From: Octopus vulgaris
Lineage: Eukaryota
Length of the DNA stretch: 64,000 nucleotides
Reading direction: 5' to 3'
NCBI GenBank assembly: GCA_951406725.2
Contig: OX597832.1
Location: 29,140,001 to 29,204,000 of the forward strand
Made by a program: the position numbers and the translations under genes. Below are positions 27,298 through 41,050 of the stretch, one piece after another. The notes under the pieces were generated by a model. That model did no database searches and was not told the DNA's origin. It saw only the letters and a program-made list of their open reading frames with translations. The stretch's first letter is position 1; each line of letters begins with the position of its first letter.

Positions 27298-27658
27298 GAA
27301 CTATAAAAAGAATCGCTGTATTTTACGTGCGTATATCCCCCCCCTCTCTCTCTCTCTCTTTCACACATAGAAAGCCCCACCGTTTCTTCTTCTTCCTCCC
27401 TTTATTCCTCCCGTCTTTTGCCGTCTTCCATATTTCTTCCTAAGCTCCAACATATTCACACATCTCAACGCTAACCCAACTAAATCTCCCCTTCTATCTC
27501 TCTCCATTCTTCCTATTCCGTTCTGCTGTTCTCTCACAAACAACACACTACACAGTCCCTCATATTTTTAATAGTTTTTTAAGTAGACCTTATCACCATT
27601 TCCATCGTTGATCTGACCAACCTTTTTCAATGATATCACCACCCCTTCTGGGTTTTTT

Positions 27659-27705
<47 letters not shown>

Positions 27706-28039
27706 TCTCCTCAAATCTTTTCCTTAACTCTGCTTATAGACTCATTGTTCTTCTTGACTAAGTTGTTAGTCCATTCAATAAAAGACTCCCGTTTGTAAAA
27801 ACAGACCGTTTATTCTTGGGCATCCATTTTTTATGAACGTGGGTACAGGTTTATTATTGTATGAGTGAAAGGAGGGGGACGTCGTGCTTGGGAGGAAAAT
27901 TTCTTCTATATTTTGAATATTAAAAACTGTGGGATGTCGTGTGTGTATAGCCAAGGGTTCAACTTCATTAAATGTAACACAGAATTTCCAAATATATGTC
28001 TCCATAAATAGTTATCTATCTATCTATCTATCTATCTAT

Positions 28040-28079
<40 letters not shown>

Positions 28080-28082
<3 letters not shown>

Positions 28083-28121
28083 GCTAATATGCAAAAGTAT
28101 ATGTATATATATATGCAAAAG

Positions 28122-28154
<33 letters not shown>

Positions 28155-28212
28155 GCAAAAGTATATATATCGTTGCTAATATGCAAAAGTATATGTATAT
28201 ATATATGCAAAA

Positions 28213-28250
<38 letters not shown>

Positions 28251-28268
28251 TTGCTAATATGCAAAAGT
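28080..28268 (+). repeat. Tandem units of gttgctaatatgcaaaagt separated by (TA)n
   Basis: Three full motif copies and several atatgcaaaagt half copies. Confidence 0.85.
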
Positions 28269-29429
28269 GTTGTGAGTCCAAAATGTTGCTTTTTCAAAAA
28301 AAAAAAACGAAAAAATAGGTTCATCATTCCATAGCAAAACCATTGTCCTACACTTTGGCAATTTTCATATCTTGCCATCCGAAGCAGCTGATGGCTTGGT
28401 TTGCAGATCGGTTCTTATTCGTTTCATTGCAAAATCAAAAATGATAGTAAGGTTTTTTTCTCTCTCAAATACTTAAAATTTCCGTATCAATAATAATAAG
28501 AAAAAAAAATGGAGCTTGTATTGGCACCGACATCTCTTTGTGTAATAGAATGAGTTTAAAAAAACAACAAAAAAAACGGACTTCGATGTCTTGGGATTAT
28601 CTATACCGTTAGTAGAGAAAAGCTTAGAATCCTTTAAAATATATACAATGAAAGGAGTTTAATATAATTAATTGAAATGTTTGTAAAATATAGACAAGGC
28701 AGTCGAGGTAGGAATGGGCCTGGCGTTAAAAAACCAGCTGGTGAAATAAATACAGACTATAAACCCTGGTTACTAAGTTGACTGCTGCCATAGCAGGGCA
28801 GTCAGTATAGAGTGGGAGGGAGCTTGAAAGGAAGAGCCTGCATTATGAAGGGCGTAGGGGATTAGTGTGAAGTAGGTGAATGGTGATGTGTAGAGCTCCT
28901 CGCAGAGGTGAGATAACGTGGGTTTGTGGCTGGATCCACAATGTCCCACCTGACTGGTACTGGACTCATGAAGGACAGAAACGATTGGGGAACTGGTGAG
29001 GCAGTAAATGGCTTCTGATGGCTCTGATAGAGACATTGCAGAGAAAAGCCAAAATTGAGTACAAGGAACATAAGATGGTGAAGAATTAAACCCAAAATAC
29101 CTCTCTCTCTATGTATATGCACATCTTCACACATACATAGAAGCATATCGACGTATGCACATCACATATCTAAAATGTGTGTTTGTGAAAAAAAACACAA
29201 AAAAACTACATCGGCAGCAACACCTGATCTTTTGCAAGTATTGGGAGTTAAAAGAGTTACTAAACACGAGTCAGCTCCCGAGGGAAAAAAAAGTATAGAA
29301 GAGGAATGTTACAAATGAGAGTACCTCTTTGCTTGAGTGAATAACTTTGGAAAGAGCGAGGAGAAAAATAACATACCTCTGTTTTTCATAAACAGAAGTT
29401 TCCATGTGTCTTCCAAGAATTTTTAAGGG

Positions 29430-30000
29430 AAGGCGTTGAGCTGGCAGAATCGTTAGCACGCCGGGCGAAGCGCTTAGCGCTATTTCGTCTACCGTTACGT
29501 TCTGAGTTTAAATTCCGCCGAGGTCAACTTTGCCTTTCATCCTTTCGGGGTCGATTAAATAAGTACTAGTTACGCACTGGAGTCGATATAATCGACTTAA
29601 TCCGTTTGTCTGTCCTTGTTTGTCCCCTCTGTGTTTAGCCCCTTGTGGGTAGTAAAGAAATAGGTATTTCGTCTGCCGCTACGTTCTGAGTTCAAATTCC
29701 GCCGAGCTCAACTTTGCCTTTCATCCTTTCGGGGTCGATTAAATAAGAACCAATTACGCACTGGGGTCAATATAATCGACTTAATCCGTTTGTTTGTCCC
29801 CTCTGTGTGTAGCCGTTGTGGGTAGTAAAGAAATAGGTATTTCGTTTGTCTTTGCGCTCTGAGTTCAAGTTCCGTCGAGGTCGACTTTGCCTTTCATCCT
29901 TTCAGAGTCGATAAATTAAGTGCCAGTTGCGCACTGGGGTCGATCTAATCGACTGGCCCCTCCCCCAAAACTTTGAGCCGTGTGCCTAGAGTAGTAAAGA
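29430..30000 (+). mobile_element. SINE family B trimer
   Basis: One head, three bodies joined at gtaaagaaata|ggtatttcgt (29662/3, 29835/6). Confidence 0.92.
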
Positions 30001-30004
30001 ATTG

Positions 30005-30560
30005 TTGAAGGGATCAATGACTGATACACGACGGGGTGTATACAGTCTCTCTTCATGGGGTGGTTGTATTCAGGCTGGACTCGTGCACCACAAGGTGTTG
30101 TAACTTTGGCAGGAAAAACAGTAAGGGTCCTGACCAGAGTTATTGGGTGTTGATGCGGACTTCTGGCTTTAGCGGTTCGGCCTGGCAGGTGATGGTAGCG
30201 GAGAAAATTCAGGTCAGGATGACCTGTGAAGACCGCGAAACTATCTTGGGAGATATATTCTATTGTATTGTTGCAGGGAAAGGACCAACTCGTATTACAC
30301 TCATGGGAGCACAAATCATACGAAGACCTATTATTGGTCTGAAGCAGGAGAAAGACAGGAGGGAAGATGGTTCGTCGAGAACGAAAGGAACCACTTGATC
30401 CTTTGTGTCACCCAAGCCAGGACCGCGATGAGGACAGAACAGAGCCAGCCAGAGGTTCTGGGTAACATTCCTTTTTGCCGCTACGGTTGTGTGGTAATGA
30501 GGAGGGGTCAGAGCCTGGGATAAAAAAGGGACATCGAGAACATGTTTTTTGAATGAGCTC
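30005..30560 (+). pseudogene. Possible degraded LINE (L1/Tx1-like) ORF1
   Basis: GC-balanced broken ORFs; IVAG followed by a frameshifted YTHGSTNHTKTYY resembles a decayed CCHC knuckle (CxxCGxxxHxxxxC). Confidence 0.35.
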
Positions 30561-30732
30561 AAATTGAAGGCAAGTAGGATAGAGGGTGTCTCATACATTT
30601 AGGAGTCCCCACCCCGCACAGGAACTCTTGACTTTATGGTTATCCATAATGAAAATTACACATATACACACGAACGTGTGTATATATATATATATCTATT
30701 TTTTATACGTATGTGTATATATACATAATTTA

Positions 30733-31288
30733 CAGTAGAACCTCGGTTTGCAAATTTTATTCGTTCCTGAATGACGTTCGTTACTCGAAATGTTCGTAAA
30801 CCGAGACTATTTTTCCCCACGAGAAAATCAAGACAAAGGCACAGCGAATTCGAACAGGGGATATATGCACTGAGCGAACGCCAAACAGCGACTGACGCTC
30901 TCCTATTGATACTCCCAGCTTGTTGCCGGTTTGCGTGTTCGTTGCTCGAGAACATCGTTCGTCACACAAGATGTTTAATCTTCGAAAAATTGTTCGTAAA
31001 CCGATTCGTTCGTGTTGAGAGGCGTTCGTAAACCGAGGTTCCATTGCACATATCTATCTATTTATCTATTCGTAAACCGATTCGTCCGTGTTGAGAGGCG
31101 TTCGTAAACCGAGGTTCCATTGCACATATCTATCTATTTATCTATTCGTAAACCGATTCGTCCGTGTTGAGAGGCGTTCGTAAACCGAGGTTCCATTGCA
31201 CATCTATCTATCTATCTCTCTATCTATCTATCTATCTATCTATCTATCCGTAAACCAATTCGTTCGTAAACCGAGGTTCCATTGCACA

Positions 31289-31368
<80 letters not shown>

Positions 31369-31420
31369 CGTAAACCGATTCGTTCGTGTTTAGAGGCGTT
31401 CGTAAACCGAGGTTCCATTG
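30733..31420 (+). mobile_element. Tigger/pogo-like MITE with five tandem copies of its right end
   Basis: TA|cagtagaacctcggttt left TIR; ttcgtaaaccgaggttccattg ends at 31046, 31122, 31198, 31284 and 31420. Confidence 0.85.
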
Positions 31421-32380
31421 CACATATCTATCCATCTATCTATATATCTATCGTCCATCTTTCTATCAATCTCACCTTCTGTCTCAATATATATCTTTAC
31501 ATATTTTCTGGTCCCTTCTCCGTTGGTTACATTTGTAAGTATGTAAATAGACCCTTGCTGGCTAATAGAAAGAAAATAACAGCAACACTTATATTAATGC
31601 CGTCGCCATCGTCATCGTCGTCGGAAAATTGGTTCGTGTGTTTTAATGGAATCAATAACAGATTCATTATTTCGTTCTGATTATGGCTGTGTCCCCCCTT
31701 AAAAGATTGGCTCCTTGTGTGTGTATGTGTATACACACACGGACGGAGTAACACAGATGCACAAAGATAAATGCACGACCGGCAACTTGTAGTCAGCTAC
31801 ACACACACAAGAAAGAAAGAAAGAAGGATGGAGGGATGGATGGAACGGTGCCTTGTCTTGTCTTACCAAATGCACTTAGTTCGGAACAGGAGAAAGAATT
31901 TGTGCTTGTGTGTCTGCATTGGGTTGTGAATATGTTGTGGTAGTTGCGGTGGTGGTGGTGCTTAAATCCCTTAATGAAGTCGGGTTTTGGGTTTTGAAAA
32001 TAATAAGGAAGAAAAGAAAAAAAAAATTCTCTGCTGTGCTACCGTTTCTTGCTACAGTTTGGCCGAAACTCTCAGACTGCTGCCAATGAATGGAACGAGT
32101 GGAACGATGATGGCCTCGGCTAAACAACAACCTCTCCCTTTCGTGTCTGGAACTCCTGGATTAGTCATAATAGTGCGTGTGTGTGTCATATATATATATA
32201 TATATACATACATACAGTATATATATATATATATATATATATATGGCGGTGCCCCAGCATGGCCACAGCTCGTGAGCTGAAACTAGATAAAATAAAAATA
32301 AAATATATATATAAATAAATAAAACATATGCATATATACATACATATATGTACGTACCTACCTCTACATGTATATATACA

Positions 32381-32460
<80 letters not shown>

Positions 32461-32461
<1 letters not shown>

Positions 32462-32629
32462 ATAAATAAAACAAGGTTGCTTACCGAAAAATTAGAAATA
32501 GCAGTCAAAGACCGCTTTATATATATAGGACTTTTAAAAAAAAGTTCCTACCGATAATAGTTATATTTCCATACCGAAATCTACCCGGAAATAATTGTTG
32601 ATTTTAAAATTGATAATTATTTACCCTTA

Positions 32630-32632
<3 letters not shown>
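32461..32632. mobile_element. AT-rich insert in (TA)n, possible PLE remnant
   Basis: Context only (flanked by microsatellite, like other fragments here). Confidence 0.3.
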
Positions 32633-32661
<29 letters not shown>

Positions 32662-33109
32662 GAAGGCATAGACACATGCGGCCGCGTATACATACGTGTA
32701 CACACACACATATATATATATATATATACATACACACACACAGTGTATTGAAGTGTTCCGTTGTCCCTCCACCCCACCTCCGCCGCCTATTCCTTTCCCA
32801 TCCTGTTCAGTAAGTCAGTTCTTTTAACACCGATATTCACACGCTGCCACCAATAGGCTCACTCGACACCCCGACCCCCCGACCAGCCTCAGATGTTCGC
32901 ATTCGGGACACACACACGCACGCTCGCACGCGCACCTACACAAAGGGGATATATATATAGATACATACACCGTCTACTGCTCTACACTCTACTACAGGTT
33001 ATACATACATAGCTATCAATCTATCTATCTGCTACATTATACTATATACACGCTAGACAAATTCTATAATACCGTAGTGTATTTATATATATATACACAC
33101 ACACTACGG

Positions 33110-33161
<52 letters not shown>

Positions 33162-33268
33162 TACGGTATTATATATATTTATATACACACAAACACACAC
33201 ACACACACTACGGTGGTGCCCCAGCATGGCCGCGGCCTTCGGGCTAAAACATTTTTAAGGATTTAAGG

Positions 33269-33300
<32 letters not shown>

Positions 33301-33999
33301 ACACTACGGTATTATATGTATATATATACACACACCATCGACATTTCTTCAAGTTAATATAACAAAGAATCACAGAATATAATATATATATACACATATA
33401 CACACACGCATACACACACACCCATACATACACACATTACACACACACACATACATACATACACACACATCCAAATTTCCTCCCATTCATTCGCGCTCAC
33501 ACACACACACACACACATAATCTTGTACTCTTTCTTTGTCTCACAGTTTTATATAGTCTCTCTCTCTCTCTCTCTGTTTCCCAGACACTGTCTCAGACAC
33601 ACACACACACACACACACACACGGTGTCGAAACAGAAGCAACAACAACAACAAGAACAACAACGGAGGCAGTAAATAGATATTTTTATGGCAATTGTTAA
33701 AACGATCTTGTGTTTTTAAAACAGCTTTTTTAATGAATACAACATCGCTGCCTCCACCACCACCATTACCACCACCACCACCACCACTGCTTCCACTGGT
33801 TTTGTCATTTCTTAATTGTATCTGCATATACACACACACATTCTCATTTATATATGCATCGATGTATACACATGCATATATGTTTGTTTCCTCTGTGTGT
33901 GTAATGTGTATGCAATTACTCTAAGTGTGTGTATGTACAAGAATATAAATCTGGTTATTTTGGTAATTATTGAAAACATTAAAAGATAATTATTTTTTT

Positions 34000-34215
34000 T
34001 TACTATAGGCACAAGGCCTGGTATTTGGTGGTTATGGGGCCAGGGGCCAGTGTATTAGATCAACCCCAGTATGCAACTGGTACTTAATTTATCGAACCCA
34101 AAAGGATGAAAGGGCAAAGTTGACCTTGGTGGCATTTGAACTCAGACCGCAGTGATGGACGAAATACTGTTCAACATTTTGGCCAGCGTGCTAACGATTC
34201 TGCCAGCTCTCCACC

Positions 34216-34247
<32 letters not shown>

Positions 34248-34880
34248 TAATTCGTTTATTGGCCACAAGGGCTAACAAAAGTCAATTAAAACATGTAGTA
34301 TAATAATAATAATAATTTTGCTGCAAGGGCAGCCATTTTGGGGGGAGGGGATAAGTCAATTACATTGACCCCCAGAGTTCAGCTGGTCCTTATTTCATTG
34401 ACCCTGTAAAGATGAAAAGCAAAGTCGACCTCAAGTGGGATTTGATCTCGGAATCTAGCGATGGGCGAAATGCCTATTTCTTTACTAAACACAGAAGGGA
34501 CAAACAAGGATAGACATAAGTATTAAGTCGATTACATTGACCCCAGTGCGTAACTGGTACTTAATTTATCGACCCTGAAAGGATGAAAGGCAAAGTCGAC
34601 CTCGGCGGAATTTGAACTCAGAGTGTAACAGCAGACGAAATACCTATTTCTTTACTTCCCACAAGGGGCTAAACACAGAGGGGACAAACAAAGACAGACA
34701 AACGGATTAAGTCGATTACATTGACCCACAGTGCGTAACTGGTACTTATTTAATTGACCCCGAAAGGATGAAAGGCAAAGTCAACCTCAGCGGAATTTGA
34801 ACTCTGAACGTAGCGGCAGATGAAATACCGCTAACCATTTTCGCCCGGTGTTCTAACGTTTCTGCCAGCTCGCCGCCTTA
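34000..34880 (-). mobile_element. Cluster of SINE family B (monomer plus trimer)
   Basis: Repeated gaaaggatgaaaggcaaagtc..gaatttgaactc units with aaataccta|tttctttac-type junctions. Confidence 0.9.
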
Positions 34881-35499
34881 ATAATGATGATAATGGTAAT
34901 CATAATAATAATAAAGACCTGATTTAATGCGAAATTCCCATCCAACAATATGAGATTGCTAACTTGTCCCTGGAGGGGGAAAATATGTGTATCTGTTACT
35001 TCTGTTGAACTCCCAACAGAGATATTATCAGCATTCAACATGTATGTATAAAACATGATATAAGCACGCACACACACACACATTCTGATCCTTGTTGTTG
35101 TTGTTGTTGTTGTGCTGTATGATTTTACAATAACAACAACATGGTTTATTTTAGTGTCACTGTAGAAGATTTAAAAGAGTAAACCTCATAGGCAGACACT
35201 CCGAATAACAGCTCTGATGTTAATTATATGTATATAAATATGTATGAGTGTATATATGTAAATATATAAATGTGTAGCTGTATAATGTGTGTGTGCATAA
35301 ATTGTGTATGTATATGTGTGGATGCATGTGTATATATAAATGTATATATATGTGTATATATGTGTGTATATACATGTATATATATATATATATGTTTATG
35401 TGTGTAGTGGTTTCTGTAAAATCATGTGAAAAGAGTCAAGTATTTATTGAAAGAACACCATTTTCTTCAAATATTTGTTTTTTACACAAAGAAGATATT

Positions 35500-35685
35500 C
35501 TTTTCTACTCTAGACACAAGGCCCAAAATTTGTGAGGAGGGGGCCACTTTATTAGATTGACCCCTGTATGCAACTGGTACTTAATTTATCGACCCCAAAA
35601 GGATGAAAGGCAAAGTTGACCTGGACGGAATTTGAACTAAGAGTGTAAAGACAGACGAAATACCGCTAAGCATTTTGCCTGGCGT
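35500..35685 (-). mobile_element. SINE family B
   Basis: Family match. Confidence 0.85.
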
Positions 35686-36221
35686 ATACAAAGGAAATAT
35701 TGACAGTGACTGCGAAGTTTAACTGGTGATTGGCATCATCAGTAGTCTGGTGTTGGTATGAGGCCATGTGGACAGTTGCCTTCTAAGGTCTTTGACTGAT
35801 CAATATGTTTGTCATATAATCATCATCATCATCATTATAGTTTTTAACTTTCACTTTACTGTGTTGGCATTGGTTAGATGGAATTCTTTGAGGTATATTT
35901 TCTATGGTCAGACGCTGACATAGGTTGCACCATTTGTCAGGATGTTGTGGGCCCAAAGTGTACATCATGCTCCAATGTCTGCTTTCACACGTTTTCTATG
36001 GCTGGATGTCCTTCCTGATGCCAACCACTTCACACCTTGTGCTGTGCATTTTTTTTCTTCATGCTTCAAGCATGAATGCAGTTACCATGCAGCTTGCAAA
36101 ACCACAGACCCCAAAAGGGGACAACTTTATGCCAGGGGATGAGAGTTGAGGGGGCAAAGTACGAGAAAAGGGCCAGTGCAGAATGCACATACACTTGCAC
36201 AATACAGTGGGCTTCTTACTG

Positions 36222-36458
36222 TTTCTTATTTCTTTATTGCCCACAAGGGGCCCAAACACAGAGAGGACAAACAAGGATAGACAAACGGATTAAGTTGATT
36301 ACATCGACCCCTGTGTGTAACTAGTACTTAATTTATTGACCCAGAATGGATGAAGGGCAAAGTCGACCTCAGCGGAATTTGAACTCAGAACTTAGGGGCA
36401 GACAAAATACCGCCAAGCATTTCACCTCGCATGCTAACATTTCTGCCTGCTCGCCGCT
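36222..36458 (-). mobile_element. SINE family B monomer
   Basis: Family match with CpG decay. Confidence 0.88.
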
Positions 36459-36736
36459 TTCTTACTGTTTCCATCCACCAAATCCATTCACGTGGCTGTG
36501 TGGTTAAGAAGTTCGTTTGGGAACATCAGGCTTTTGATTTCATTTTACACAAAAAGACACTGTGGACAAGGGACTGACCCCAGGTTGAATAATGCCATTA
36601 GTGGAATGGATATATAGGAACTGTTAAGAAGGGCATGGCATGTGTGTGTCTATCTTCCTCTTCTTCTCCTGTCTTGATGCTTATGTACCATTTAAAACCA
36701 TGGCCACCATTCATGACAAACGATGTCATAGTTCAT

Positions 36737-36894
36737 AGGAGTGGCTGTGTGATAAGAAGCTTGCTTTCCAATAACATGGTTCTGGGTTCAGTCCCACTGT
36801 GTGGCACCTTGGGCAAGTGTCTTCTACTATAGCCTCGGGCCAACTAAAGCCTTTTGAGAGGATTTGGTAGATGGAAACTGAAAGAAGCCCATCG

Positions 36895-36931
<37 letters not shown>

Positions 36932-37049
36932 ATCTGTATTTATCCCCCCCCCTCAGAATTCAACCTCCTTCTCATCAAATTGTTCGACTAAAGGCAAAGC
37001 TCCAGCATGGCCACAGTCAAATGACTGAAACAAGTAAAAGAATAAGAGA
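36737..37049 (+). mobile_element. SINE family A with internal replacement
   Basis: Head and tail match; the middle (36950-36980) differs. Confidence 0.85.
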
Positions 37050-37159
37050 ATAATTTACTGCAAAAAACCCAAAAAAACACTTGGTCTTCATTGTTGCTGA
37101 AAAGGACTTCAAAGGACCAGGGTGGGGGAAATACAAGAAGTGTAACATCCAACTGATAC

Positions 37160-37374
37160 CGTATTTCTGTTGAGATGCTCTGTGTTTCTTTCTATTAAGT
37201 TTAGATATAACAAAAGAATTTAGTAAAATAACTTGGTTACCATTCAGCTAGTGTTAGGAACATAAATTGTGACTAAGGTTTGGTGGAAGATTTTAATTCA
37301 AAACTTTTGAAAACCAGACATTTGTATTACAGAGACAGAAATGGTTTCAGCTGGGTTAGTATCAAAAGGGTTAA
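37160..37374. mobile_element. piggyBac-like MITE end
   Basis: Ends in atcaaaaggg|ttaa (CCCTTT TIR plus TTAA); the other end was not found. Confidence 0.45.
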
Positions 37375-37852
37375 ATAAATATCATCTGAACCATGTAAGA
37401 GTGGAAAAACAGACATGAAAACGATGGAATGATGATGTGTGTGTGGTTTTTAAGTGTCTTTGTAATGATAAAGAATTGGGTTTAATTCCACTTCAAGTCA
37501 CCTCACACCATTGTACTCTTTGCTAGAATTAGGTAGAGCCAAGGTTTCTTTGTATGATCTGGTAGAATGAAACTGAGTTGAAGCTCAATAGAGTGTCTGT
37601 ACCTGTAATTTACGGGGTCAAGCCTCATAATGAATGCAGTTGGTTGGACAACTGGAATACTTGTGGGTCACAATCAAAAGGGGTCAATTATGTGCATGCA
37701 TGTTTGTGTATGTGTCTGTGCATGTATATGTATGTAAGTGCATGTGTGTGTGTGTACATATGTATATATGTATGCATATATATATGTGTGCATACATATA
37801 AGTACATGTGTGTGAATGCATATACACAGATACATGCAGATATGCATAATTG

Positions 37853-38030
37853 TGGCACGTAAAAAGCACCCACTACACTCATGGAGTGGTTGGCATTAGG
37901 AAGGGCATCCAGCTGTAGAAGCACTGCCAGATCAGACTGGAGCTTGGTGCAACCTCCTGGCTTCCCAGACTCCGGTCGAACCGTCCAATCCATGCTAGCA
38001 TGGAAAACAGACATTATACAATAATGATGA
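37853..38030 (+). mobile_element. SINE family C (3' part, (GAT)n tail)
   Basis: gtaaaaagcaccc..gtggttggcattaggaagggcatccagc..ccatgctagcatggaaaac; other copies at 40850, 43325, 43730, 51416, 53060, 62995. Confidence 0.85.
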
Positions 38031-38700
38031 TGTGTGTGTGTATATATACATATATATATATATATACACACACACACCTATATAAACTGGAATATGTGTA
38101 CATCAAAAACAGTTGCCTACACACACACACACACAAATGCATACATGCGCATACATAATTATACATACACGCACACACACACACACACACACCTGTCAAT
38201 TATTACTGTTCACTAGAAACCATTTCTATCAATTTAAAATTTAGGACAAATCAGAAATTACCATCAAAACTCACCGGAAATTAACCTTTTATCTCCTATT
38301 TTCTGCCTTTTTATTCCTGATAACTACTTAGAAAAATCACCAAATTCTATGTTGTTGTTGGTGGTGGTCATTATTAATACTACCACCAACCATTACCATC
38401 ATCATCATCATCATCATGGCCCATCATCACTAGTATTTATTGAGAATATTCCTCTCCATCTTAGCAATCTCCTCTCTTCATTCTCCGCCCCCCCCACTCT
38501 AATTTGATACCATCACTACAGGATATTAAATATTTATTATAATAACTTGAAACATGTCGATATTTATTTAGTGTAGACCACTCGCTTGGAAACAAGATGG
38601 CTTTTGTTTCTGTGATTAGATTATTTGGTAATTATGTATGTGTGTGTGTGTGTTTAAAGTTTGGCAAGTGCTCCACACGGAACTGTGAGGCTTTGAGCTT

Positions 38701-38862
38701 TTGACAACCGATGCTGGTGTGTTTACGTCCCCGTCACTTAGCGGTTTGGCAAAAGAGACCGATAGAATAAGTGCTAGGCTTACAAAAGAATAATTCCTGG
38801 GGTCGATTTGCTCGACTAGAAGGCGGTGCTCCAGCATGGCCACAGTCAAATGACTGAATAAC
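38701..38862 (+). mobile_element. SINE family A, 3' half
   Basis: Family match. Confidence 0.85.
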
Positions 38863-38967
38863 AAGAAACGGTAACTTTTGAATATATCCAGAGTTCCACT
38901 TGTGCTGTTTGTGCCATCAAAAACCCTCTTATCTATTGATCGACAGATAGATTGGTATATAATTTTG

Positions 38968-39339
38968 TATAAGAAGTTTGCTTCCCAAGCACACGGTCCC
39001 AGGTTCAATCCCACTGCATGGCACCTTGGGCAAGTGTCTTCTGTTCCACTACAGCCTCAGGCTGACCAAAGCTTTGTAAGTGGATTTGGTAGATGGAAAC
39101 TGAAAGAAGCCCATCATATATGTGTGTCTATCTGTTTGTCTTTCACCACTGCTTGACAACTGATGCTAGTGTGTTTATGTCCTCGTAACTTAGTGGTTTG
39201 GCAAAAGAGTCCAATATAATAATTACCAGTTTAAAAAGAAAATATACTGAGGTCAATTCATTTGACTAAAATTCTTCAAGGTGGTGCCCCAGCATGGCCA
39301 CGGCAGTCTACTGACTGAAACAAGTAAAGGATAAAAGAT
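38968..39339 (+). mobile_element. SINE family A (older variant)
   Basis: Family match. Confidence 0.85.
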
Positions 39340-39341
39340 AT

Positions 39342-39727
39342 TACTCTTTTACTTGTTTCCTTGTTTCACTCATTTGACTGTGGCCATGCTGGAGTACCGC
39401 CTTTAGTCGAGCAAATCGACACCAAGACTTATTCTTTGTAAGCCTAGTACTTATTCTATCGGTCTCTTTTGCCAAACCGCTAAGTTACGGGGACGTAAAC
39501 ACCAGCATCAGTTGTCAAGCGATGTTGGGGGGACAAACACAGACATACACATACAAATATATGATGGGCTTCTTTCAGTTTCCATCTACCAAATCCACTC
39601 ACAAGGCTTTGGTCAGCCTGAGGCTATAGTAGAAGACACTTGCCCAAGGTGCCACACTGTGGGACTGAACCCGGAACCTTGTGGTTGGTAAGCAAGCTAC
39701 TTACCCCACGGCCACTCCTACGCCTAT
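39342..39727 (-). mobile_element. SINE family A, tail-to-tail with the preceding copy
   Basis: Family match in reverse orientation. Confidence 0.9.
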
Positions 39728-39946
39728 ATATATTATCATCTTTTATCATTCGTTGTCCATGGACAGGGATTGATTTTGAAGCTGGACTTCTACTGCCAGA
39801 TGCAATTCCTGTTGCTGTCCCTCACCTGTTTAGCTGGTCTTCAAAAATCTCAGAACAACCAGTCACAAGGTTAACATCAACACATAACTGAGTGTGTGTG
39901 TGTGTAAATATATATATATATACACACATATATATACACATACACA

Positions 39947-40164
39947 CCAGGGGGTGATGAAAAGTTCCTGGCTTTAAGGGTATCGCGAAAGGCCTGGTTG
40001 GAGGCCCAACCTTCAGAGCCCTTTTCTGGGGCTTAGAAAAACTGGAAGATCACTGCAATAAGTGTGTGAATCTGAGAAGGGAATATGTTGACTAAAATCA
40101 TAATTAATTGATCCTCCTTATTTTCTTTTATCCAAGACCAAGAAATTTTCAGCAGCCCCTCGTA
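39947..40164 (+). mobile_element. Mariner-derived MITE
   Basis: TIR-like ends aggggg..tgaaaagttcctgg / ccaagaaattttcagcagcccctcg|ta; internal GLEKLEDHCNKCVNLRREYVD* resembles the mariner transposase C-terminus. Confidence 0.8.
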
Positions 40165-40849
40165 TATATGTATGTATGATGGATTTAATATGGTTTCTGC
40201 TCATGAAATTCACTCACACGGTTTTAGTTAGCTGAGGGTAATAACAGACAATACTTTGCCCAGGTTACCATGCAGCAAGACCGAACCTAATCACACAGCC
40301 ATTTGTGCATCTATCATGCCTCTGCCTGGCCACAGACATATATCCATGGACACATGTACACACACATTTGCTTGGCAAGAAAAAGGATATCTATGCTAAA
40401 AAATTGAGTGGATGAGTAAGAAGTTGTCCCCAGCACAGAAGGGCCTTAACTTGCTCCTGGTGACTTATTCAACCCATACCAGCAGCATGGAAAGTGGACA
40501 TAAAATGATGATGGTTTCTGTCTTCCACACACTTGCCAACAGGTACTCTTTCACCATAAAAAGCTACAGCTACCTCTTGTACTTCTGGTCAGTCAAAGGT
40601 CGAACATGTGGGTAACCCACATGCATTTCTGTCATGGATCCTTCCTGTTTTTTCTTATCCCTTTTCCTTCCTTCTTTGGACTATTTGCATCTGATGAAGA
40701 ACAATATCCAAAACATTATACTTTTACTTCATAACTTTTTCATTTCTTTGAGCGTCAGCCAAATAATGTTAACTGTGAATGTCTCTTGGGTTTTTGTTGT
40801 TTTGGAATTTGATTTTTCTTTATATAGCTACCATTCTCAGCACTCCCAT

Positions 40850-41050
40850 GTTGGCACCACGTAAAGAAGCAGCCATGCTGGCTCCATGTAAAAAGCCCTC
40901 TATACACTATGTAAAGTGGTTGGCATTAGGGAGGGCATCCAGCCATAGATGCCTTGCGGAAACAAACAATTGGAGCCTGGAGCAGCTAGCCAGCGCTTGT
41001 CAAATGCCCAACCCATGTCAACTTGGCAAATGGATGTTAAATGATAATGA
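40850..41050 (+). mobile_element. SINE family C, diverged
   Basis: Family match. Confidence 0.75.

Noticed and set aside
28773-29090. GC-balanced patch with short ORFs
   Set aside because: No motif or paired splice sites; probably an unrecognisable TE relic.
30996-31420. CRISPR-like repeat-spacer pattern (also 61647-62196)
   Set aside because: Eukaryotic context, spacers are microsatellite or mutually related, repeats are TE-derived, no cas genes.
32058-32123. Exon 2 of the signal-peptide gene
   Set aside because: The phase-1 frame stops after VWPKLSDCCQ and there is no good donor.
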